DNA from: an uncultured virus (IMG/VR IMGVR_UViG_3300010885_025158)
Lineage: Duplodnaviria > Heunggongvirae > Uroviricota > Caudoviricetes
IMG/VR virus record: IMGVR_UViG_3300010885_025158
Length of the DNA: 64,000 nt
Direction: 5' to 3' (one strand)
Shown piece by piece: positions 53,608-63,999 of this stretch. Made by a program: the position numbers and the translations under genes. Position 1 is the stretch's first letter. The number at the start of each line of letters is the position of its first letter. The notes under the pieces were generated by a model. It was not told the DNA's origin and ran no database searches. It saw nothing but the letters and a program-made list of their open reading frames with translations.

Positions 53608-55446
53608 TTATACCTCTATTTGTGAGATGTTGTTGCGTTTCAGTACATTTACTTTTTCCAGTAAAGGATGGGTAAATCCATGTGAAACAAGGAAAGTATT
53701 TAGGTGCTCTTCTCTGAGCAATACTTCTACTAGTTTTTCTTTGCCGTCAACGTCTAGCGTTTCGACAGTTTCATCTAATATTAGAAGGTTAATTCTTGAA
53801 CTAGATAAAGTTTGCATTAGCTTTCTGATAGCTAATAAAGTTGCCACGTTAACTCTGGCTTTTTCACCACCAGAGAGAGCTAAGATTTCAATATCTTTGC
53901 CATTATCAGTGATAACTACATTTAGTTTGTCACTAGCAGATATTTTAAATCCTATTTGAAATCTACCATCAGATAAGTCAATTAGATACTTATTTGTAAT
54001 TTCTTCTAAGTCTTTTACTAAGCATTCTATTTTATAAGCTACTAAACCAGTAGTTGAGAATGTCTTTGTTAACACGTTAGTTATAGACATTTTTTCAGAT
54101 AATTCATGCAGTTTTGAACTATAAACTTCAAGTTCTGCATTCATTTCTGTTAGTTGACTACTAATAGTTTCTACTTTAGCGTTATGAGCACTAACACTAG
54201 CATTTTTCTTTTCTGCTATAGCAATAGTTGACTTAATATTAGCAATCGCTGTTTGAAGTGCTGTAAACTTAGAATCTAGTTCGTTTTTATCAAGCAAATC
54301 TTCTTGTAGCTCAGAATTAATTAGCTGATGATACTTTTCCCACTCATCTCGTGATTTATTTGCTGATTTCCATGCCGCAGTTTTAATAGTAAACTCTTGC
54401 TCAATTGTATCTATTTCAACTAGTCGCGTGTTAATTTTAGCTATTTTTCCAGAAGCATTCACTATTATAGCATATTGTTCAGCTACTAAAGTGGCGATTT
54501 TTTCTTTGTCAATAGCTTGTAAACAAGTAGGACACGTACCTTGTAGAGCGCCTATCTTTTTAATAAAAGCGTCTGAGTCTTTCACAGATTTGGTTAACTC
54601 AATAGAACTAGTGTTTAATTGTTTAATTTCTGGATTTAAACCACTAACCGTGTCTACTGGATTTTCTGGTAGTGGAAATAGTTTAATACCGGACTGTATC
54701 TGTTTATAAGTATTATTCTGAGTAATCTTTTTGTTTGTGGAGTCTAGCCCGCGTATTTGGCTATCAAGTTCCGAAGCCTCAGTCAATAAAGTATCTTCTA
54801 TCACAGGTACTTCACAATAGTCTTTGTGAGATAAATCCATCTTAGAATATTTATCTAACCAACTATTAACTGTGTTAACTTGTGACTGTGCTGACGCAAT
54901 GTCTTTGGTCAATTCCTGAGCTACATCTTTAAATATTTCTTGTACGCGAGTATACTTAGTTAGATTCAGTATTTCAATTAAAAACTTTTTACGTGCTGTA
55001 TCAGCAGCAGTTAAGAATTCTAAACTGCTAGCATTTGATTGGTATACAATTTGTGCAAAAGTTTTATGATCGAATCCAAGAATATCTTCAATCATTTTAT
55101 AAGTTGCTGTAGCAGTATGCGCACTTATATCTACAGTATTTTTATATAGTTTAACTGTTTGAGCAGCCCCACGCGATGTTTTAATTGTGTACTCTACACC
55201 GTCGCGTTCAAAGTCAAGTTCAATAGTATAAGTTTTGTCTTTTACGTATCTATTTAAAATATCTGCTTTTTTAATGCCTTTTGAATTCTTATTAAATAAT
55301 ACTTCTTCTAAAATAAGAGCAATAGAGCTTTTGCCGTGACCGTTACGACCCACTAACTGTGTTAGGGGTGAAGCAACAAAATCAATGACATTATCTTTTC
55401 CATAACTAAAAGCATTGCTCCAATTTAATTTTTTAATTGTTATCAT
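53608..55446 (-). CDS. sbcC: SbcC/Rad50-like ATPase (T5 D13-like)
   Basis: GRNGHGKS, zinc hook CPTC, LSGGE, LILDE and VSH. Confidence 0.93.
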   Translation of the reverse strand: MITIKKLNWSNAFSYGKDNVIDFVASPLTQLVGRNGHGKSSIALILEEVLFNKNSKGIKKADILNRYVKDKTYTIELDFERDGVEYTIKTSRGAAQTVKLYKNTVDISAHTATATYKMIEDILGFDHKTFAQIVYQSNASSLEFLTAADTARKKFLIEILNLTKYTRVQEIFKDVAQELTKDIASAQSQVNTVNSWLDKYSKMDLSHKDYCEVPVIEDTLLTEASELDSQIRGLDSTNKKITQNNTYKQIQSGIKLFPLPENPVDTVSGLNPEIKQLNTSSIELTKSVKDSDAFIKKIGALQGTCPTCLQAIDKEKIATLVAEQYAIIVNASGKIAKINTRLVEIDTIEQEFTIKTAAWKSANKSRDEWEKYHQLINSELQEDLLDKNELDSKFTALQTAIANIKSTIAIAEKKNASVSAHNAKVETISSQLTEMNAELEVYSSKLHELSEKMSITNVLTKTFSTTGLVAYKIECLVKDLEEITNKYLIDLSDGRFQIGFKISASDKLNVVITDNGKDIEILALSGGEKARVNVATLLAIRKLMQTLSSSRINLLILDETVETLDVDGKEKLVEVLLREEHLNTFLVSHGFTHPLLEKVNVLKRNNISQIEV

Positions 55447-55693
55447 GTTCCAATAGTTCTTTTTTCAATTCGTGCAATCCGCCCACATATTTTCCGTTTA
55501 TAAATATCTGTGGAACACTCCTAGCATCTGGTACTTTTTGAACTAAGTCTTTCTTTGAGTACCCGTTAATGCCTATCATACACTCTACATAGCTAATTGC
55601 TCGTTGTTCTAGTAATCGTTTTGCTTCTGTGCAGGCGGGGCAGTTTGTTTGTGACCATACCTCGGCTTTAAAGTGACTCAAATTTTTCCGCAT
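55433..55693 (-). CDS. Glutaredoxin
   Basis: CPAC active site and RSVPQIFING.YVGG. Confidence 0.9.
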   Translation of the reverse strand: MRKNLSHFKAEVWSQTNCPACTEAKRLLEQRAISYVECMIGINGYSKKDLVQKVPDARSVPQIFINGKYVGGLHELKKELLEHDNN

Positions 55694-56624
55694 GATTTTG
55701 TAACTCCTTTAGTACAGATTCTATTGTTTCATCTGGTAGTTCTAAGATGTAAGCTAAATACTCTTTAACTTCTTCTACCAGACTCATTTCAGGATCTAGG
55801 ATAAGTGCAGAGTCTGTTTCTCGTTTAATTACCTTACGGTCAATTAAATCTGAATCTTCGAGTTCGCCAAGTTCTTGCATATCGCCTTCAACTTGGTAAA
55901 TGGTGTGATCAAAAACTGTTGCCGGTTTAGGGTCACTAACCCCAACAGTTTTTCTTATAAGTTGAGGTAAGCTGAATTTGAGCCAAACATGATCCAAAGA
56001 ATCTGAGTCAAGCAAAATAGCTCCAGTGTCCACGGAACTTCTATGAAAGCTAGTAGTATAAGGACTACCAGGATACAGGATATTAAGTTGTGAATTTTCA
56101 TAACTGTGTAAATCACCTGCTAACACTACTTGCCAGCGGTTAAATAGTGTTAAGTCAACTTCGGACTTAACGTGTGGAGGAATGTCGCCACGAACGTGAG
56201 TACAACATATATTTCCATATACTAAGTGAGGGGCTTTTTCAAACTCTTTTAGTTTATTGTACGGAATAAAATCAATGTTATTGTAACTGTAAAAATCATC
56301 AATAACTTGTACTAGTGAGTTTAGTCTATTAGTTGATTTTTTAAGGTTAGATAAGAAAGTAGTGTCTTTCTTTAGCATTTCGTGATTACCAGAATATATA
56401 ATGGTTGGCTTTGTAAAACTAGCCACAAAGTCAAAATATAACTCTACTTCATCCATTGTTGGTAGTCGGTCAAATATATCACCACCAATAATTACTAAAT
56501 CAGCCCCTTCTTGCATTTGTTGAAACTGCTCAACAAACATATGAAAACGATTTTTTGCCCACTCAATAGGTACGTTTTTTTGACCTAATTTTATATGCAC
56601 ATCTGCGGTAAATAGTATTTTCAT
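55668..56624 (-). CDS. sbcD: SbcD/Mre11-like nuclease (T5 D12-like)
   Basis: ADVH, GGDIFD, GNHE, AGDLH and YPGSP. Confidence 0.92.
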   Translation of the reverse strand: MKILFTADVHIKLGQKNVPIEWAKNRFHMFVEQFQQMQEGADLVIIGGDIFDRLPTMDEVELYFDFVASFTKPTIIYSGNHEMLKKDTTFLSNLKKSTNRLNSLVQVIDDFYSYNNIDFIPYNKLKEFEKAPHLVYGNICCTHVRGDIPPHVKSEVDLTLFNRWQVVLAGDLHSYENSQLNILYPGSPYTTSFHRSSVDTGAILLDSDSLDHVWLKFSLPQLIRKTVGVSDPKPATVFDHTIYQVEGDMQELGELEDSDLIDRKVIKRETDSALILDPEMSLVEEVKEYLAYILELPDETIESVLKELQNHAEKFESL

Positions 56625-56634
56625 TTTTATAGAC

Positions 56635-56670
56635 AAAATAGCCCGCAAAGCATAAAGTTTTGCGGGCTAT
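56635..56670 (-). terminator. Terminator after the SSB gene
   Basis: ATAGCCCGCAAA / TTTGCGGGCTAT stem with a T-run on the minus strand. Confidence 0.75.
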
Positions 56671-56674
56671 AATT

Positions 56675-57322
56675 TTAACCTAAGTCTTTAACGGCTTCAC
56701 GCTCTGATTCTGAAGCGCCTTCATCTGTTTCTTCGTCACTATGTGTAGTAACTTTGTTTAACAGGGCTAATACTTCATCAGCGGTAGGACGAGGATACTT
56801 TTCATCAATAGCTTTACTGGTAGTAACTAGTTCGCGCTCTGTATCTGACAGTGGGCGTGACTTGCAACGAAGTACTTGCAGTTGGTATTCAACGTTAAAA
56901 GGTAGAGGGCCAGTCTTAACTCGCTTAAAAACAACATCCCAACCACTATCAAAATCAGTTGGATCGCCCAAATCTTCGGCGGCTGTCATAACTTGTTCAA
57001 ACAATTTCTTTTTAAGGTTAAGTGCCTTAATTTTGCCATCTTTAGTGTCGATACAGTTTACTGTGTATGACCAAGTGCATTTTAGTTCAGGAAAGAATTT
57101 TGGAACATGATCTACTTCTAGATTGTCAAATTTTTCTTTTTCTCTACTAAAAGCTAAACACTCAACAGGAATATCCTTGTTATTAGTGCCCTTAATCCAG
57201 TAAATGTAGCGAGGTAAGAGTCCACCAATTAAGCGAACTGAATTTTCGCCATCTTTGTACTCGTATGCCTCTACTTTGTTTGATTGTGCTTTGCCTTTTG
57301 TATTCTTAAAGCTAATTGCCAT
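56675..57322 (-). CDS. Single-stranded DNA-binding protein (T5 D11-like)
   Basis: LPRYIYW, ECLAF.REKE and KTGPLPFNVEY with an acidic C-terminal tail. Syntenic with T5. Confidence 0.75.
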   Translation of the reverse strand: MAISFKNTKGKAQSNKVEAYEYKDGENSVRLIGGLLPRYIYWIKGTNNKDIPVECLAFSREKEKFDNLEVDHVPKFFPELKCTWSYTVNCIDTKDGKIKALNLKKKLFEQVMTAAEDLGDPTDFDSGWDVVFKRVKTGPLPFNVEYQLQVLRCKSRPLSDTERELVTTSKAIDEKYPRPTADEVLALLNKVTTHSDEETDEGASESEREAVKDLG

Positions 57323-57707
57323 TTTTAATATCCTCGTATTTAAAGTGTATTTTGTTTTCTGTTATAGTTAGTAGCGGATTTGTTATTATTTTGCTTATAT
57401 CAATATCTTTGAAATAAGATAAGTCTAAGTAATTAATATTGTAAAGTTTGTATGAGCTATAATCTCGTCTTCCGGCTAACTGTATATATTGTGATTTATA
57501 AATTACATCAGTTGTTTTATCTGTAAATAAATCTGCAGGGTTTACTAAAAAACTATTTCCAATTAAATTACTAATGGGTTTAATTTTAGTCAAGTAATTT
57601 TTTGGTATAGATTTTTTAGTAAAATGCAAACGAAGTTTTTCAACTATTAAGTTAGGATCGTTTTTAGTTTCAGATTCTAAAACTGAAAGGTTAAAGAAAA
57701 AAGTCAT
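57312..57707 (-). CDS. Hypothetical protein (T5-like locus between SSB and D10 helicase)
   Basis: 131 aa ORF with its own promoter. Confidence 0.65.
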   Translation of the reverse strand: MTFFFNLSVLESETKNDPNLIVEKLRLHFTKKSIPKNYLTKIKPISNLIGNSFLVNPADLFTDKTTDVIYKSQYIQLAGRRDYSSYKLYNINYLDLSYFKDIDISKIITNPLLTITENKIHFKYEDIKNGN

Positions 57708-57726
57708 ATTCTGTAACTTAAAGATT

Positions 57727-57755
57727 ATTATAGCAGATTAACAACTGTAGTGCAA
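57727..57755 (-). promoter_or_regulatory. Sigma70-type promoter
   Basis: Minus strand TTGCAC-17 bp-TATAAT. Confidence 0.75.
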
Positions 57756-57765
57756 GTTAATTTTT

Positions 57766-59055
57766 TTATATGGTAGTTATTTGCCAGCCTTTACGCATAT
57801 AAAGCCCAAGCCTATCATTGTTTTGTTTTTTATCAGCATAACCAGCAAAGTTAATATCTATTACTAACGGATTCAGTTTTTCTGGAAAAATTCTTTGAAT
57901 CCTGCCTATGATTTGTTCTAATAAGCTATCATTAGACATAGGCACTGCTAAAATAACGCACGATAAGGCATTAATAGAAATGCCTTCTGAAAAGATTTGT
58001 CTTGATCCTGCAATGGCTTTCTTTTCTCCATTGAGGATTTGTTGTTTTGCTTGATCTCTGTCGCCTTCGGTTCCAGTAACCAACAAACACGTTTCTCCAA
58101 CATATTCTTTGACCTTTTGTAAAAATTCAACTCTATCTGCAATAATCAATACAGAGTGACCATTATCAATTTCTATATTTGCTATACCAGCAACAAATTG
58201 TCGGTATTTATCGTTTTCACACAAATCATTGATTTTTTCTACCCAAGTTGCGCCAGTCTTTAGTGTTATACCACTTTTAACTATTCTGATCTTAGGAATA
58301 AGTGTATTAGCTTCTGGAGGCTTTAATACATGAGTACCAAAATAATCAGGAAATAATATGTGCTTACCGTCTTTACGAATCATTGTACCCGAAAGAGCAA
58401 TTCTGTATCTAGCGTAAAAACTGTCTACTGTTGTAGAAAAAGTAGTAGCAGGACAGTGGTGTGCTTCATCCATTATAACTGTACCAAATTCTTTTGATAA
58501 AGTTGCTAGATGTTTAACTACGGACTGTATGTTTCCTACTACTATTGCCCTGTCTTCAATATCAAACTCGCCACCACCAATTACTCCAGCAGTCATACCA
58601 AATAAGATTTTTACTTCTTCTATCCACTGATCTCTTAGTGCAGCAGTATGTGTAATAACTAAAGTTCGTTGCCCAAACTTACGTGCTAAATGTAGCGCAG
58701 TAAAAGTTTTGCCCCAGCCTGGTAGTGCATTAATAAAACACGTATCCTTTACTTCGTTATATATTAGTACTTGATCATCGCGTAAAGGATGTATTGTCTC
58801 AGGAAAGGGTACAGGTACTAGACTCCGCTTATCTATAATTTCGAAATTTTCGGGAATCAAGTCCTGTCGTCCTTGAGGTATACTAACTATACCTTTAGGC
58901 AACATTTTGTAGTTTTTTATTGTTTCAACGGCAAAAAATTTCTTTGAGCCAGTATCTTTTGCAATTTTATATGTTAGTGTTTTGATAATCTTTTTAAGGT
59001 AATCTGCACCTGGATTATCCATATATATTCTGTTTGATATAATTGCTTTAGGCAT
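57766..59055 (-). CDS. SF2 helicase (T5 D10/UvsW-like)
   Basis: PGWGKT, DEAHH, LSGT, SEGIS and QIIGRIQR. Confidence 0.92.
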   Translation of the reverse strand: MPKAIISNRIYMDNPGADYLKKIIKTLTYKIAKDTGSKKFFAVETIKNYKMLPKGIVSIPQGRQDLIPENFEIIDKRSLVPVPFPETIHPLRDDQVLIYNEVKDTCFINALPGWGKTFTALHLARKFGQRTLVITHTAALRDQWIEEVKILFGMTAGVIGGGEFDIEDRAIVVGNIQSVVKHLATLSKEFGTVIMDEAHHCPATTFSTTVDSFYARYRIALSGTMIRKDGKHILFPDYFGTHVLKPPEANTLIPKIRIVKSGITLKTGATWVEKINDLCENDKYRQFVAGIANIEIDNGHSVLIIADRVEFLQKVKEYVGETCLLVTGTEGDRDQAKQQILNGEKKAIAGSRQIFSEGISINALSCVILAVPMSNDSLLEQIIGRIQRIFPEKLNPLVIDINFAGYADKKQNNDRLGLYMRKGWQITTI

Positions 59056-59621
59056 TATACTAGTCTCCAGCTATCGTTTGTAGCAGTCTCGCTAAGACCA
59101 TATAATAAATATATTTTATTTATTACTAAGAATACTGCATAGCGGTGAAAGTCTTGTGGTCGTTGTAGGCTTTTAAATCTTTGAGATAGACCTTCTACTT
59201 CTAATACACACCCTATACCATCAGCAGGTAAAACTTGTTTGATCTTTTTTGTGGTAAGTTTGGCGCGTGTATATTTTTTCCACTGAAATACCTTGCCACT
59301 ATTATCTATAAACCATGTACTGGCTTTGGCAAGTTTTATTAAGTCAGCTAAAAAATATATTGCGGTTGATATTTTATGTAGTTTTATATTTGCGTCTTTT
59401 TGTAGTGCAAGCCTACGTAAACCCAGTGTTTTTTGTGGTAGATTTTTATCATCTATGATTTTAATTGTAAGACTACTAGTATTAGTATCGTCCACATATT
59501 CGGTGTGAAAGAACACCAACCCATTGTACTGGGTTGGCTCTTTTTCACTCAATTTAAATACGGGCCATGTTATCGCCTGTAACGCCGTAAACTTCGTCAA
59601 AGTGTCCAAAACTGTAGTCAT
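59055..59621 (-). CDS. Conserved T5-like hypothetical protein
   Basis: WPVFKL, IIDDKNL..TLGLRRL and WFIDNSG. Lies between polymerase and D10, start uncertain. Confidence 0.65.
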   Translation of the reverse strand: MTTVLDTLTKFTALQAITWPVFKLSEKEPTQYNGLVFFHTEYVDDTNTSSLTIKIIDDKNLPQKTLGLRRLALQKDANIKLHKISTAIYFLADLIKLAKASTWFIDNSGKVFQWKKYTRAKLTTKKIKQVLPADGIGCVLEVEGLSQRFKSLQRPQDFHRYAVFLVINKIYLLYGLSETATNDSWRLV

Positions 59622-61833
59622 CCCCAATATCTTGATCTACGCCAATAGGTGTGTTAGGGATTTCGCAACCCCATTCGTGTTGTGTGTTACGCTTTAGAAT
59701 TTCGCAATACTCTTCAACACATTCGTCCTTAACTAGTGCTACAACTGAGTCATGTACAAGCATAAAGATTTTAGCATCTAGCCCTTTGGCTTTAACTTCA
59801 TTAGCAGTAGCCATAGCACCAAGCAAATTAATATCACTAGCGAGAGACTGAACTTCAGCATTAATTCCGCTACGAACTTCGTGAGCAGCAATACCTTTAT
59901 CACTAGAAAATACATTAGGTAAACGACGCTTGCGACCAAAAAAGCTATAAGTATAGCCATTTGTTTCAATAAATGTTTTACGTTCATTTAGCCACTTCTT
60001 TAGTTTACTAAATTTATTAAAGTATGCTTTAATATCTTCACGTGCTTGTTCAACTGGATAAGGTTGACCGGTTGCTTTTGATACAGTCTGAGATACTTTA
60101 TTAGCACCTGAACCGTATAAAATGCCAAAAGAAATAGCTTTAGCCGATTGACGCATACTACCGTATAGCTTTTTAACATCCTCAACTGCACAGGGTAAGC
60201 TAAACACCATTTTTGCAATAGTTGAGTGAAAGTCACCACCACTAGAGAAAACTTGTTGTAGGTTTTTATCTCCTGATAGCACAGCAGCATAGTACATTTC
60301 TGCTGTGGTCAAGTCTTGCGAAACAATTTTATAACCTTCGATAGCTTTGATACAGCCTTTGATAATAGGATTGTCCCTAGGTATTTGCTGAGCATTAAAC
60401 TTACCAGAACTACTGAGGCGACCGCTAGTGGTAAAGATAAGATTAAAATTTGTACGAATTCTACCGTCTCTATCAATTTCTGGTAAAATCTTGGAAATGT
60501 AGGTATTTTGAATTTTGCCAAGTTGTCTTACCTTTAAAATTGCAGCTGGCAATGGGTGTTCTTCGGATAACTGCTCTAGGACTTCGGCATCGGTTGAGAT
60601 TGCTCCTGTTGCTGTCTTTTTTCCAGTTGGTTGTAAACCCAAATAATCGAACAAGACGACACGCAACTGCAAAACACTATTAGGATTAAAAATTTTACCA
60701 GTGTCTTTTTCAAACCGCTTAACTTCGTCAAACCCATAAACAACTTCCTTTGCTTGTGCAATCTGCTCGTCTAAATACATGTTAGCAGCAGCCATGCGTT
60801 CTTTATCTACAGGAATACCTACTTCTTCCATGTCCATTAGAAACAAGGTACCTGGAATTAAGATTTCTTTATAGACTTTTAGTAGATTACCGTTCTTCTG
60901 AACAATGGGCCAAAACTTTTGAAACAAGTCAAATGTTACGGCAGTGTCAATAGAAGCATAACGGCTAATAACATCAAAAGGTATGAGATCATACGTAAAG
61001 TCGTCTTGTAAAATTCCGTTCTTTGCACAGTATTCTTTCTTAAACTCGTCCAATTCAGCATCATAGTCCCCATAGTCAGTATATTTAAGTGCCAGTTGTT
61101 TTAAACCATGACTATCAATTTCGTCTAGTACATAGTGCATAACCATAGTATCGTGTACTTGGTTACGATTAAAATCTATTCCAAAATGATATTTAATCAT
61201 CTTGTAGTCAAATTTCATGTTGTGAAATATAGTAGAAAAATTACTTATAATTTCTTGCATTAAATCTAAACACTCGTCATCTAAGCAGTCTGTTAAGATG
61301 TATCTGCCATGCTTAGATTTATAACTCATGGAAATACCAAGCACATATCCGTCTCTTGGATAAAGTGCTGTTGTTTCCGTATCCCAGGCAACATAGCCCT
61401 CGGCATTGGCTAAGACTTCTCTAAAGAATTCTTTTGCTTCTTCAGTATCGTCAATGCCTTTAAAATCACCAGTTACTAGTGGCTGTAGTGAGCCTTTCAC
61501 ATATTTGTGAATTCTATCTACAGCACGATCAAAGTCTGGTTTGCCTTCTGGTTTAAACGCTAGCATGGCCGGATTTGAGATAGCAATAAATTTATCTGCT
61601 ACTAATTGGCCTGCCATGTTTGTAACTGAGGATACTTTTGCGTATTCTTTTGCGGCTTCTGCGCCCACTAAGATAACGTAATTATAAGGTTCTAAGTCTA
61701 CTACCAAGTCTACGTCTTTTTTCAAGAGTTTGGTAATTGGCTTAGAACTCATATGATAGTGATCGTACTCAAATTCAAAATACTCTGAATAGCGGGTACG
61801 ATTTGGGGCTTTGTCAATAATTGCAATTTTCAT
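59554..61833 (-). CDS. polA: Family A DNA polymerase with 3'-5' exonuclease (T5-like)
   Basis: WDTETT, HNMKFD, TSGRLSS, DLTTAE, RQSAKAISFGILYG and VHDS. Confidence 0.96.
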   Translation of the reverse strand: MKIAIIDKAPNRTRYSEYFEFEYDHYHMSSKPITKLLKKDVDLVVDLEPYNYVILVGAEAAKEYAKVSSVTNMAGQLVADKFIAISNPAMLAFKPEGKPDFDRAVDRIHKYVKGSLQPLVTGDFKGIDDTEEAKEFFREVLANAEGYVAWDTETTALYPRDGYVLGISMSYKSKHGRYILTDCLDDECLDLMQEIISNFSTIFHNMKFDYKMIKYHFGIDFNRNQVHDTMVMHYVLDEIDSHGLKQLALKYTDYGDYDAELDEFKKEYCAKNGILQDDFTYDLIPFDVISRYASIDTAVTFDLFQKFWPIVQKNGNLLKVYKEILIPGTLFLMDMEEVGIPVDKERMAAANMYLDEQIAQAKEVVYGFDEVKRFEKDTGKIFNPNSVLQLRVVLFDYLGLQPTGKKTATGAISTDAEVLEQLSEEHPLPAAILKVRQLGKIQNTYISKILPEIDRDGRIRTNFNLIFTTSGRLSSSGKFNAQQIPRDNPIIKGCIKAIEGYKIVSQDLTTAEMYYAAVLSGDKNLQQVFSSGGDFHSTIAKMVFSLPCAVEDVKKLYGSMRQSAKAISFGILYGSGANKVSQTVSKATGQPYPVEQAREDIKAYFNKFSKLKKWLNERKTFIETNGYTYSFFGRKRRLPNVFSSDKGIAAHEVRSGINAEVQSLASDINLLGAMATANEVKAKGLDAKIFMLVHDSVVALVKDECVEEYCEILKRNTQHEWGCEIPNTPIGVDQDIGDDYSFGHFDEVYGVTGDNMARI

Positions 61834-61853
61834 AGTTGTTTCCATAATACTTT

Positions 61854-61882
61854 ATTATAGCGTATTTAGCTAATCTTTTCAA
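61854..61882 (-). promoter_or_regulatory. Sigma70-type promoter for the polymerase
   Basis: Minus strand TTGAAA-17 bp-TATAAT. Confidence 0.8.
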
Positions 61883-61884
61883 GT

Positions 61885-62739
61885 TCATTTTGTTATATAC
61901 TCAGCAGTAGAGTCTACATCTTCTTGCGACAATTCACCTGGGTCTACGTCGTCCGGTAGTGTTATTATTTGCACTATAAAACCGCAATCTTCAATTAGTG
62001 GCTTTAGTAACTCACTAGCTTTTCTGCCTGCTTCATCACCATCAAACATTAAATAAACGTGAGTAATGCCTTGTGCTTTAAAAGGCAACATTTTTTGTTT
62101 TGTTGAATTTTGAAGTGTGTTTGTACCAAAAGCACATATAACATTATGTAAGCCCTTGTCGTACAAATTTAACATATCAAAAATACCTTCAACAATTACC
62201 ATAGACTTGTAGCCTGCTGGTAAATGACTAGGAAATACTGGTATCTGAACTCCGCTTGGGTAGTTTAAATATCTAGGATTGCCGTTTGATAGGGTATGTC
62301 TACCTACAAAAACTACTGTTTTACCAGTTATGTCCTTGACGGGAAATATAATTCGGTCTTGTAGTTTTTCTACTTGATTTGTATAAAAAGCTCCAAAATA
62401 CTTTAAAGTTTGTGGGCTAATGCCGCGAAACTGTTTGGTATAAGGCGTATATCCTGTAGGCAACTCTAAGTCTAGTCCAAAGTTTTTTAGTTCCGCTAAT
62501 TTTTCTTTTAGTGCTGCTATTTTAAGTGGAATTGGATTTGTAAATATGCCGTAGTATTTAAATATGTTCGTTTTAAACCCACAACTAAAACAATGAGCAA
62601 TCCCACTTACTCTGTCAACTCGGAAACTAGGGTTTGAGTCTTCGTGCTCTGAGTTTAGGCATTTGATTAAGTAGTCACGACCAGATACTGTAAATGCCAA
62701 ACTATTTTTATTTAAAATATCTAATACTGGATCACTCAT
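61885..62739 (-). CDS. dnaG: DNA primase (zinc finger + Toprim)
   Basis: CLNSEHEDSNPS..HCFSC, VEGIFD, FDGDEAG and DPGE. Confidence 0.92.
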   Translation of the reverse strand: MSDPVLDILNKNSLAFTVSGRDYLIKCLNSEHEDSNPSFRVDRVSGIAHCFSCGFKTNIFKYYGIFTNPIPLKIAALKEKLAELKNFGLDLELPTGYTPYTKQFRGISPQTLKYFGAFYTNQVEKLQDRIIFPVKDITGKTVVFVGRHTLSNGNPRYLNYPSGVQIPVFPSHLPAGYKSMVIVEGIFDMLNLYDKGLHNVICAFGTNTLQNSTKQKMLPFKAQGITHVYLMFDGDEAGRKASELLKPLIEDCGFIVQIITLPDDVDPGELSQEDVDSTAEYITK

Positions 62740-62939
62740 GTTACTACTTTACTTAATTGCCAACTGTGTACTTCTGCTAGTATGCCATCATCATAACGTA
62801 CTGTTACGTTTGGCCAATATTTTTCTGCGTCATGTTTGTAAGTTTCTACAACAGCTTGTTTTCTGGTAGTACTTACATATACTAAATCCCCTACTACATA
62901 TTCGATTCTACGACCATAAGGTACATTTTGATTATGCAT
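62736..62939 (-). CDS. Small SH3/KOW-like hypothetical protein
   Basis: YVVGDLVYV..AVV..VTVRYDDG. ATG 62939 overlaps the helicase end. Confidence 0.5.
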   Translation of the reverse strand: MHNQNVPYGRRIEYVVGDLVYVSTTRKQAVVETYKHDAEKYWPNVTVRYDDGILAEVHSWQLSKVVT

Positions 62940-63999
62940 TCCAGGGTAAGTCAGATTGTGAATCATCTTGTTTTACCTGTTCTTTTGGTTTCTTACCAGC
63001 TTTCTTAATAACTTCCTTATCGGCAGGCCTGTCCACAGACTGTGGGCTAATGCGTAAGGTATCCCAATCGATCGGGCACGTAAATGCCATTTCCTTGCCG
63101 CCACGAATTTTCGTGGTTTCAAAGCTGATTGCGTTCGTTTCTTTATCGTGTGCTTCCATCGTAAGAGCAATGTCCGCCGCATCCAATATACCTTTTGCGA
63201 ACCGTGCTTCTCCGGTTGCATCGATCTGGTATGGCGAAACCATAACAATTTCATATTTTCGTGCAAGATTTTTAAGTTTCTTTGATACTTCAATTTGTGG
63301 TTTCCAGTCAAACTGATCGCTTCCTTCTAGTACAATTTGATTTAGGTAATCAACAACCGCTACTTTTAGTTTATCACCAAATCTAGCTTTGGCTTTACCA
63401 ATATGCAAGTCGATACTGCTTAGGGTTAAGTCTCTGTCATCAACAATAATCATTTGATTATCTTCTTTTAGCTGATGCTGTCTTACTAGGTTTTCTTCAA
63501 ATTTAAACCTGTCTCTATGACGCATAAAGTCTAGTACTGTTTGATCTGCGTCTTGAAACATATCTGCTCTGACTTTTACTACCCTAAGTATTTCATCGTC
63601 AGTTAGTTTATGCTGTTTGAGATTCTGGAGATTAACGTTAGCTAAAATTGCTAAGTTACGCTCCATTGTCTCCATTGCTGTCATTTCAATAGAGAAATAA
63701 ATACTACTGTTACCAGACTGATATTGATTAACAAAGATGTTGCTACTAGTAATAGATTTACCGGAGCCTCGTTTACCCCCAATGAGTATGAGTTCTTGGC
63801 GAGCAACACCACCAAGAACAGCGTCAAAAGTATTATTAAGGCCAAGATATACACGTTCTTTCTCCAAATCTTCTGGGTGACGAAACATCATTATGTCCGC
63901 CATTGTAAAAACTTTCTCACTAGTGTGAGTTTTTTCTTCTATTGTTAAGGCTATACTTGCTAAATTATCTTTTATTTCTGCGGAATCGTAAAGCGGTAG
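62932..63999 (-). CDS. dnaB: Replicative DnaB-like helicase (T5 D6-like), 5' truncated by the window edge
   Basis: GKRGSGKS, FSIEM, VVDYLNQ and SPYQ. The frame stays open from 63903 to the window end. Confidence 0.9.
   Translation of the reverse strand, partial: LPLYDSAEIKDNLASIALTIEEKTHTSEKVFTMADIMMFRHPEDLEKERVYLGLNNTFDAVLGGVARQELILIGGKRGSGKSITSSNIFVNQYQSGNSSIYFSIEMTAMETMERNLAILANVNLQNLKQHKLTDDEILRVVKVRADMFQDADQTVLDFMRHRDRFKFEENLVRQHQLKEDNQMIIVDDRDLTLSSIDLHIGKAKARFGDKLKVAVVDYLNQIVLEGSDQFDWKPQIEVSKKLKNLARKYEIVMVSPYQIDATGEARFAKGILDAADIALTMEAHDKETNAISFETTKIRGGKEMAFTCPIDWDTLRISPQSVDRPADKEVIKKAGKKPKEQVKQDDSQSDLPWNA

Noticed and set aside
49510..61833. Inteins or introns in nrdJ, helicase or polymerase
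   Set aside because: ORFs are continuous and of normal length, with no intein or homing-endonuclease motifs seen.
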